A stretch of DNA of 64,000 nt from an uncultured Gammaproteobacteria bacterium (GTDB lineage: Bacteria; Patescibacteriota; Patescibacteriia; Magasanikbacterales; UBA922), in contig CAZQXB010000001.1 of assembly GCA_964597575.1 (NCBI GenBank), positions 842,892-906,891 on the forward strand, read 5' to 3'. Below are positions 56,952 through 64,000 of the stretch, piece by piece. Position 1 is the first letter of the stretch. The number at the start of each line of letters is the position of its first letter. The notes below the pieces were generated by a model, which did not search any database, was not told the DNA's origin, and worked only from the letters and a program-made list of their open reading frames with translations. The translations under genes were made by a program, and so were the position numbers.

Positions 56952-57389
56952 CTAGGCCAGAAGTTCGGTGACCATGGCTCGAACCCGAGCCCCGTCTGCC
57001 TCGCCTCTTACCTCTTTCATTACCGCACCCATCACTTTCCCAACATCTTTCACATCTCCAAGCGACGCGATTACTTTCTGAATACGTGCTTTGAGATCTT
57101 CATCAGGAATCTGTGCTGGCAGATATGCCTCAAGTACGGCAATCTCGGCCAGTGCAGCTTCTTGTAAATCAGTTCGTCCGCCTTTTTCATATTCTGAAAC
57201 GGCATCCTTGAGCTGTTTTACTTGTTTTTGAACCACACCAACAATCGCCTCATCCGAAAGCGGTTCTTTATTATCAATATCCGCATTCCGAATTGCCGAC
57301 CACAACATCCGAAGAGGGTTGAGCCGGGCCTGATTTTTGGTTTTCATGGCTTCCACTTGAGCCTCTTTAATTTGGTCGCGAAGCGACAT
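56952..57389 (-). CDS. GatB/YqeY domain protein
   Basis: AMK....RL..LRML, GRTDL, YLP, GKVMG. Confidence 0.9.
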   Translation of the reverse strand: MSLRDQIKEAQVEAMKTKNQARLNPLRMLWSAIRNADIDNKEPLSDEAIVGVVQKQVKQLKDAVSEYEKGGRTDLQEAALAEIAVLEAYLPAQIPDEDLKARIQKVIASLGDVKDVGKVMGAVMKEVRGEADGARVRAMVTELLA

Positions 57390-57406
57390 ACAAAATACCA
57401 GTATTA

Positions 57407-57658
57407 CTACGCTCGTTTAAAACGCTGCTGAGGTTCTTCCTCTAAAGGAAGTTTCCCTGTTTTGCGCAGATATTGCTCTTTTGACTGTTCTTGAGCGTAG
57501 GCAACCGCCTGTTTGCGGCGAACATTACGACTTTTTGGCGGCGTGTAATATTTTACTTTTTTCGCCTGAAGAATCTTGCCTGATTGTTGCCAGCTTCGTT
57601 TAACCCGGCGCATGAACCCTTCAAAAGATTCCCCTTTCTTTCGTTTCATTTCTGACAT
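57407..57658 (-). CDS. rpsU: 30S ribosomal protein S21
   Basis: GESFEGFMRRVKR; rpsU-yqeY synteny. Confidence 0.85.
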   Translation of the reverse strand: MSEMKRKKGESFEGFMRRVKRSWQQSGKILQAKKVKYYTPPKSRNVRRKQAVAYAQEQSKEQYLRKTGKLPLEEEPQQRFKRA

Positions 57659-57745
57659 AAACCACTCGTCACCTCCTCATGGGTGAATTAAAAATAGATA
57701 ATACCTTCACTATAGCAGGTTTTTTTTGACTCGTCAATTGCCGTC

Positions 57746-59155
57746 TTAGGCCTTCCCTTGGAGAATTTTCCGAACATGGACGGAGAGCTGTTTTTCGTCA
57801 ATAATCTCCTGAATTCCTGAAGCCATATCCCGAATAATCACTGTACCATCCTGGATCTCTTTTTGACCCAAAATAATCGCATGAGTAACGGCCAAACGAT
57901 TTGCGATCTCAAGCTGCGCCTTCAGAGAGCCTTTTGCCAAGGCATGGTATACAAATACCCCATCACGACGCATGGTTTCAATAAGTTTAAGTGCGCGGCG
58001 GCGTGATTGTTCGCCTAAATGAGCGAAAAACAAGCGGGAAAACGGTTCAAATACCTGCGCCTGACCGCCCTTTGCCTCATCATTTTTCCGCATAATCGCA
58101 ATAATGCGCTCTACCCCAAGGCCAAACCCTGCAGCAGGAGTCGGTCTCCCCCCAAGCTGTTCCACCAGTCCGTCATAGCGTCCTCCGCCACCTAAAGAGA
58201 GCGGTCGACTTCCTTCAGCAGCCACTTGGTCTTCAGCAAAAAACTCGAAAACCGTATCAGAATAGTAATCAAGTCCACGAACAAGAGTTGGTTCTGGTAA
58301 ATACGGAATCTCCATCTCGTCGAGATACTCGAGGACGTGCATGAAGTACTTACGGGAATCATCGGAAAGCCAATCAATAATCTTCGGTGCCTCAGCAATG
58401 AGTTCCTGATCCTCAGGTTCTTTTGAATCTAGAATACGAAGTGGGTTTTTTACGAGGCGCTTCTTCGATTCTTCAGAGAGCGCATGGCGCTTGCTTCGGA
58501 AATAACCGACGAGCTCAACCAAATAGCGCTCACGATCTTCTTTTGTACCAATACTATTCACATGAACACGAGTCATCACACCCAAATCGCGCATAAAATT
58601 ATACGCAAGGGCAATAAGCTCCGCATCAATTACTGCATCGCGCTCTCCGAGCACATCGGCGTTAAATTGATGAAATTGACGATAACGGCCAGCCTGGGGA
58701 CGATCATGGCGAAACACTGGTCCGAGATCCCATACTTTTACCGGCTGTGGAACAGCATGCAAACCATGTTCGATGTATGCACGGGCAACAGAGGCTGTGG
58801 TTTCTGGACGAAGTGCAATCTTTTTGGCCTCAGCATCTTCAAAGACATACATTTCTTTGTCGACCACATCTGTCCCCTTCCCTACACCACGCACAAAAAG
58901 GTTCGCATCTTCCAAAATGGGTGTGCCAATATGGCCGAACCCATACGCCTCAGAAACATTTTCTGCAGCGTGTGTTACTTTTTTCCAATAGTGCTCCTCA
59001 CGAGGCAAAATATCACGCATGCCCCGAAGAAGGGAAAACGTTTTTGCTGATTTCGCAGCAGGAGCAACTGCGGGTGCAGCCTGAGCCTTCGCTGGAGCCG
59101 ATGCCTTTTTTGGCGCTGTTTTTTTTGCAGCTGGTTTGGTTTTTTTAGTCGTCAT
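57746..59155 (-). CDS. hisS: Histidine--tRNA ligase
   Basis: RGMRD, LRPE.TA, GRYRQFHQ, RGLDYY, GGGRYDGL. Confidence 0.97.
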   Translation of the reverse strand: MTTKKTKPAAKKTAPKKASAPAKAQAAPAVAPAAKSAKTFSLLRGMRDILPREEHYWKKVTHAAENVSEAYGFGHIGTPILEDANLFVRGVGKGTDVVDKEMYVFEDAEAKKIALRPETTASVARAYIEHGLHAVPQPVKVWDLGPVFRHDRPQAGRYRQFHQFNADVLGERDAVIDAELIALAYNFMRDLGVMTRVHVNSIGTKEDRERYLVELVGYFRSKRHALSEESKKRLVKNPLRILDSKEPEDQELIAEAPKIIDWLSDDSRKYFMHVLEYLDEMEIPYLPEPTLVRGLDYYSDTVFEFFAEDQVAAEGSRPLSLGGGGRYDGLVEQLGGRPTPAAGFGLGVERIIAIMRKNDEAKGGQAQVFEPFSRLFFAHLGEQSRRRALKLIETMRRDGVFVYHALAKGSLKAQLEIANRLAVTHAIILGQKEIQDGTVIIRDMASGIQEIIDEKQLSVHVRKILQGKA

Positions 59156-59176
59156 AGAGCGATATCAAAGAGTAGA

Positions 59177-59830
59177 TTATTCAGATGTTGTGGTTTCGTA
59201 ACTTGGTGTCGTAAAAATACCGGCTTTCGAAAATGGCCACCCACGGAACCAGGCGCGACCAACAATACTTTGGCGATCGATAGGGCCGAACCCTCGAGAA
59301 TCAAAACTTTCATCTCGATTATCTCCCATAACAAAGTACTGAAGATCAGTTAAAACAAAGTTTTTGTCGGTTCTAGGAGTTGGTTCTGCCAAGTAGGTTT
59401 CCTGAAGGACAAAGCCTTGAGGAAACTCTGAATTGTAGATAATAATTTGCCCTTCTTTGATGGAAACCCGTTCACCCGGAAGACCGATGACACGTTTCAG
59501 GTAATGCTCAGTCGGGTTGACCGGAGACACAATGACAACCACCTCACCTCGCTGTACGTTTTCCTGATGCTGCAAGGTGCGCAATCGGTAGGTAAGCTTA
59601 TCGATAATCAAGTACTCATTTTCATGAAAGTTTGGTTCCATTGACTTACCCTTCACATAAAAAGGTTTGAAGAGGAACGTACGCACAAGACCAATGGTAA
59701 TCCCTGCCAACACCACAATTTTAATCACCTCAAGAAAAAAAAGGCCAAGAGACGAAAAAAACGAAGTGTCAGACGAGCCCGGCGGCGGCGTGGGAGGGGT
59801 ACCAACTGGTGCGAAAGGCTGATTTTCCAC
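59177..59830 (-). CDS. lepB: Signal peptidase I
   Basis: GKSMEPN, YLKRVIGLPG, MGDNRDESFDSR; GTG start assumed. Confidence 0.92.
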   Translation of the reverse strand: MENQPFAPVGTPPTPPPGSSDTSFFSSLGLFFLEVIKIVVLAGITIGLVRTFLFKPFYVKGKSMEPNFHENEYLIIDKLTYRLRTLQHQENVQRGEVVVIVSPVNPTEHYLKRVIGLPGERVSIKEGQIIIYNSEFPQGFVLQETYLAEPTPRTDKNFVLTDLQYFVMGDNRDESFDSRGFGPIDRQSIVGRAWFRGWPFSKAGIFTTPSYETTTSE

Positions 59831-59980
59831 AAAAAATTGGCTAAAATAAGAAAAAAGTATTGGTACTATAGCAGGAAAATAGGGGTGTGTCAATGTAAGA
59901 AGAAGCAACGTATTTTTAGTGGAAACTTACAATTCTTGCGGCGTGGAGTATACTCACTATGTACTCTAAAACGCTTTTTT

Positions 59981-61057
59981 ATGAAAAGAATACTTTTACT
60001 CACCCTTCTCGCAATCCTCCTTCTCCCCTATCGCACACTTGCAACGAGCGAGGCGACAACCACAGACAGGGCACGAATGAGAAATGCTCCATCAACCATA
60101 AATACCGCTACGCTGCTCGTGATACCAAAAGGCGCAGCGGTGACTGTTTTTGAAGAAACAGATGGATGGTCGCGACTCTCATACGGAAATAAAGAAGGGT
60201 GGACCGCGAGTTGGCTTTTAAAGCCAACGATAGCAGTCACCCCTCAGACACCAAGTACTGCCACCCTAAATGAACATGGACAATACATAAGTGCTGCTCG
60301 AGTTCGAAGTGGAGCATCACTCTCAGGTGCGATTGTTACTACCCTCTCGAAAGGAACCGGAGTCGACATTCTTGAAGAAGTTTCTGGATGGTACCGCGTT
60401 CGGACGACAGCAGGCGTCGAGGGTTTTACCGCCACATGGCTTATTACAAAAATACCGGCCTCTCCACCTCCAGAACCAACCCCGCCTCCACCAACACCGA
60501 TATTACCCAGAGCTACACCCCAACCCCAAGTAATAGATGCCAGTGTTCAGCAAGTAGGGGTTGTACCAAGTGATGTTGACCTTACACAACTGAGTCAGTA
60601 TTGGTTAGAAAAAGTAAATTCTCTCCGACGAGAAAAAGGGCTCCGTGAACTTGTGCTCGATCAACGCTTCGTGAATACTGCGAGTGAGTATGCCGGGTAT
60701 ATGGGAACAACAGGGGCAAAAAACCACGAACGAGCAGATGGAAAAACCATGCACCAATGGATTGACAGCCAAGGCCTCGCTTTTACGAAGCGCTATAGTG
60801 CCGGTGGTTGGCAGACCAATTATTTTAGCGAAAATATTTCTTGGGGATATGCTTCGGGAAACACTGAAGCCGTGAAAAAAGTACTCGATGATACCATGGA
60901 CATGTACTTGGCCGAGGCTTCGTATAATGGCGCACATTATCGCACAACGTATCACCCGGATTGGAATGTTCTTGGTGTAGGATTTTATTTTAAAGACGAG
61001 GGGGATGGACGGTACCAGGTGTTTTGCGTGTTTCATTATGGAAGTCTGACGCTTTAG
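59981..61057 (+). CDS. Secreted protein with two SH3b domains and a CAP domain
   Basis: Signal peptide; two SH3b (GW..L/V, EG(W/F)TA.WL); VNSLR..GL, SENI, GAHY, LGVG. Confidence 0.82.
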   Translation: MKRILLLTLLAILLLPYRTLATSEATTTDRARMRNAPSTINTATLLVIPKGAAVTVFEETDGWSRLSYGNKEGWTASWLLKPTIAVTPQTPSTATLNEHGQYISAARVRSGASLSGAIVTTLSKGTGVDILEEVSGWYRVRTTAGVEGFTATWLITKIPASPPPEPTPPPPTPILPRATPQPQVIDASVQQVGVVPSDVDLTQLSQYWLEKVNSLRREKGLRELVLDQRFVNTASEYAGYMGTTGAKNHERADGKTMHQWIDSQGLAFTKRYSAGGWQTNYFSENISWGYASGNTEAVKKVLDDTMDMYLAEASYNGAHYRTTYHPDWNVLGVGFYFKDEGDGRYQVFCVFHYGSLTL

Positions 61058-61241
61058 GGCGTGGATCGGAATCTCACTCGTCGCTTCGCTCCTCTTGGGA
61101 AAGGGTTTCCACCCCTTCCCAACCTTCCCCCAACTGAAGTGAGAACCTTCCGGTTCTCGAACCCTCCCCCGGTTCGACTCCATCAATCCCAACACACGAA
61201 TACAAAAACAGACGCGCGATGCGTCTGTTTTTGTATTCGTG
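61057..61241 (-). repeat. tRNA-end-associated element, copy C (after tRNA-Ile)
   Basis: 21-bp hairpin 61195-61241; anti-T-arm 61171-61184; conserved core; copy of the 3' end at 61057-61073. Confidence 0.88.
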
Positions 61242-61313
61242 GGCGTGGATGGAGTCGAACCATCGACCTTTACATTATCAGTGTAACGCTCTAACCAACT
61301 GAGCTACACGCCC
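61240..61313 (-). tRNA. tRNA-Ile(GAT)
   Basis: GGGCGTG...CACGCCC-A; anticodon arm TTACA-CTGATAA-TGTAA. Confidence 0.96.
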
Positions 61314-61322
61314 ATGTCCCCG

Positions 61323-61396
61323 TGGGTCCGAGAAGAGTCGAACTTCTGACCTCCACAATGTCAATGTGGCGCTCTAACCAACTGAGCTACGAACCC
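61323..61396 (-). tRNA. tRNA-Val(GAC)
   Basis: GGGTTCG...CGGACCC-A; anticodon arm CCACA-TTGACAT-TGTGG. Confidence 0.96.
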
Positions 61397-61485
61397 TTCT
61401 CAAACTAAAATGCAAAAAGAGTATAACCCATTCTTTCTCACCTGTCAATACAAAAAACCAGCCTTTCGGCCGGTTATTTGTGATA

Positions 61486-61824
61486 TTAGATGTTCAAATT
61501 TTCTACAGCGCTCGTATCGATATCATCGTTGTAGTGCGCTGCGGCAACCGGAGCCTGGAACGAAGGTCCACGACCACCAGCTGGTTCATTAATTTTCAAA
61601 TTAACGCGGGCATTGTTTTTTGCCCCAACCACACGAAGTAAGGTGCGGATCGCTCGGGCAGTTTGACCTTGACGGCCAATCACATATCCCATATCACTTG
61701 GGTTCACGTCAAGCGTGATAAGAACCCCACGTTCGTCCACCGTACGAGTTGTTTTCACATCGTTCGGATTGTTGACAATGGCTTTCACCACGAAGTCAAC
61801 GAATTGCAAATCTGATTCCGGCAT
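61486..61824 (-). CDS. khpA: KH-domain RNA-binding protein
   Basis: DMGYVIGRQGQTARAIRTL; downstream of rpsP. Confidence 0.88.
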   Translation of the reverse strand: MPESDLQFVDFVVKAIVNNPNDVKTTRTVDERGVLITLDVNPSDMGYVIGRQGQTARAIRTLLRVVGAKNNARVNLKINEPAGGRGPSFQAPVAAAHYNDDIDTSAVENLNI

Positions 61825-61908
61825 AGGAAATCGTTACAGAAATAATTGAATGAACAAAGAACTGCAATAAAGTATACCAAGTCCTGAAAAAACCTGTCAA
61901 TTCTTATT

Positions 61909-62235
61909 TTACGCTGCTTTGGCTTTCTTTGCTTCGAGTTTCGCTTTGCGCTTCTTCGAAACAATCACTGAGCGGCGTTTTTCCCCTGCTTTCATAATGC
62001 CAGCTTTCGCAAGCACATTTTCCATAGTAACTGAAGCCTGAGCTCCAAGTGAGAGCCAGTGCTTTACGCGATCAGCGTCTACGATCAACTGTTTTTCCGC
62101 ATCTTTACTGAGCGGATAATACTGACCCAAAAGTTCCAAATACCGACCTTGAGTATCACGACGTTTGTCTGACACGATAATGCGGTATGTTGGGGCTTTG
62201 ATTTTTCCGACACGCTGCAAGCGAATCATGAGCAT
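61909..62235 (-). CDS. rpsP: 30S ribosomal protein S16
   Basis: IRLQRVG...YRIIV.D.R, WLSLGAQAS. Confidence 0.96.
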   Translation of the reverse strand: MLMIRLQRVGKIKAPTYRIIVSDKRRDTQGRYLELLGQYYPLSKDAEKQLIVDADRVKHWLSLGAQASVTMENVLAKAGIMKAGEKRRSVIVSKKRKAKLEAKKAKAA

Positions 62236-62340
62236 AATACCTGATGTACATTACCTCAACGAATAAATAAATTGACGGATCTGTGAGAGTGATCCGAAGT
62301 ATAGCACAAAAACACGAAAAAGGTCAAGACCGGCCTGCTT

Positions 62341-64000
62341 TTAGCCAAGTTTGATCCCAATGAGCTGACTAATACCATCATTTCCCATAGTGACCCCGTA
62401 TAAGGCGTCGGCTGCGTGCATGGTGGTTCGATTATGGGAAATAAGGATAAACTGCGAAGCTTCGGCAAGCTCTTTTAGAATGGTCGTAAAACGAAGGGTA
62501 TTCGCCTCATCGAGGGCCGCCTCAACTTCATCAAGAAGCACGAATGGCGAAGGGTTCGTTTTTAAAATAGCACAAATGAGGGCGATCGAGGTCATCGTGC
62601 GCTCTCCGCCAGAAAGCGAGGCCAGTTCTTTAATCTTCTTCCCTGGAGGGTTTGCGACAATATCGATACCAATAAGCACCTCTTCGGCTTTAGGTTTTTC
62701 TTCTGTCGAAACTTGAAGAGTCTCTCCTTCCCCGGCCTCCCCCATATCTTCCCCTTCTTCACCCTCTGGGGTCTCTGCCGAACCATACACTTCCACCAAA
62801 TCGGCCTTTCCTCCCTCAAATAAAATCTCGAAGTAGCGTGAAAATTCTTTTTTGATTTTACGAAATGCTTTATCCCGTCGTTTCTTCATGACCTCATCCA
62901 ACTCCTTTACTAAGCCAGATAAATCACGAAGTGCTTTTTCCAAATCATTCAATTCGGCAGCGAGATGTTCGTGGCGGTTTTTCGTCTCTTCGTGTTCACG
63001 AATAACATCTTCATCAATTCCGCCGATAAGGGTCAATTTATATTTCAATTTTTGGATATTTCCAAGCACACCCTCAAGCGCCTCTGGAGAAACGGTTGGG
63101 ATACCGCGCGAAACAATAGCAGACATTGACTCGTGCAGTTCTTGAAAAACCTCTTGCGATACATCTTCACACTTCGTATCGTACTTCGCAAGTTCAATTT
63201 GTTTACTATTTCTTTCTTCGGAAAGAACATTTAACCCTGACTGTTCGCTTTGCATCGAATCTTGGAGAGCGAATACACGACGTTTTTTCTCCTCCTCTTC
63301 TTCTTGAAAAGCTGCCATACCATTCTCGGCTTTTTTCTGTACCGCAAGCGCCGCTTCTACTTTTTCTTGAAGAACCGCTTGTTCCGCCTCAAGCAATTTC
63401 AACGCTTCCGTATATTCTTCCGGACTCATGGTCAGAAGCGCACGCTCTTGTTCAAGCCGAGCAAGCTCCTGAAGAGCGGTTTGTTTTTGCTCAGAAAGCA
63501 CAGACAACTTTGTTTGCGCAGCAACTTCAGCCCCTTCGCGACTTCGTTTTTCATTCAAGATGTCAGCAATACGCGCCTCTACTTCTTGTTGACGCTCAAC
63601 GAGAATTTGCCGATCTTCTTCTTTTACAGCGTGGGCTGCGAGTGGCACCTCATGCGACCCAAAACTGAGCCCTTCATGACGACGCCGACGAAAACCCCCC
63701 TTCATACTTCCATTCATTTCCATAAGATCCCCTTCAAGGGTGACCATACGCGCCCGACCGATCCCAATATTTCGAGCAATCGGAGTGGCATCGACCACAA
63801 CGGTACCACCAAATACAAAAGCAAAAATGTCGGCAAAGCGTTTATCAAAACGAAGTAAATCAAGCGCGCGACCATGTACACCAGCAGTGGCTAGAATATC
63901 AGTTGCCACCGTCACAGGTCGTGGGCGAATGGTTGAGAGCGGCAAAAATGTTGCGATACCAAGTTCTTCTCGACGTAAAAATTCAATACATCGTTCAGCC
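62341..64000 (-). CDS. smc: Chromosome segregation protein SMC, C-terminal part
   Basis: Hinge VTLEGD..GSMKGG, coiled coil, LSGGE, LLDEVEAALD; frame open to the window edge. Confidence 0.95.
   Translation of the reverse strand, partial: AERCIEFLRREELGIATFLPLSTIRPRPVTVATDILATAGVHGRALDLLRFDKRFADIFAFVFGGTVVVDATPIARNIGIGRARMVTLEGDLMEMNGSMKGGFRRRRHEGLSFGSHEVPLAAHAVKEEDRQILVERQQEVEARIADILNEKRSREGAEVAAQTKLSVLSEQKQTALQELARLEQERALLTMSPEEYTEALKLLEAEQAVLQEKVEAALAVQKKAENGMAAFQEEEEEKKRRVFALQDSMQSEQSGLNVLSEERNSKQIELAKYDTKCEDVSQEVFQELHESMSAIVSRGIPTVSPEALEGVLGNIQKLKYKLTLIGGIDEDVIREHEETKNRHEHLAAELNDLEKALRDLSGLVKELDEVMKKRRDKAFRKIKKEFSRYFEILFEGGKADLVEVYGSAETPEGEEGEDMGEAGEGETLQVSTEEKPKAEEVLIGIDIVANPPGKKIKELASLSGGERTMTSIALICAILKTNPSPFVLLDEVEAALDEANTLRFTTILKELAEASQFILISHNRTTMHAADALYGVTMGNDGISQLIGIKLG

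Overview
This looks like a chromosomal segment from a Patescibacteria (CPR)-type bacterium. That is an inference from the SD-poor housekeeping genes, the VirB2/TrbC-like pilin-headed giant surface proteins and the tRNA-overlapping serine recombinase. Three compositional layers are visible. (1) A ~45% GC core: smpB-ssrA, infC-rpmI-rplT, GH1, ppsA, pyk, nrdR, ftsZ-ftsA, dgkA, ybeY, a ~3,785-aa surface protein, yqeY, rpsU, hisS, lepB, tRNA-Ile/Val, khpA, rpsP and smc. (2) High-GC genes (62-72% in sampled lines) with strong Shine-Dalgarno sites and Myxococcota-like protein features (0.4-6.8 kb, plus a high-GC pyrE). (3) A low-GC ~12.4-kb satellite-like integrative element in tRNA-Asp (16312-28744). 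The most striking unexplained structure is a ~190-nt element found three times, each directly 3' of a different tRNA/tmRNA end. It has a conserved GGAA-hairpin core, flanked by variable segments that match the particular RNA gene it follows. Also notable: an integrase whose C-terminus would be swapped on excision, a C4/CI-like structured RNA in the island, an unannotated ncRNA with an anti-SD loop, a 25-aa tmRNA tag, and PpsA fused to an exported domain. All calls come from reading the sequence; no searches were run.
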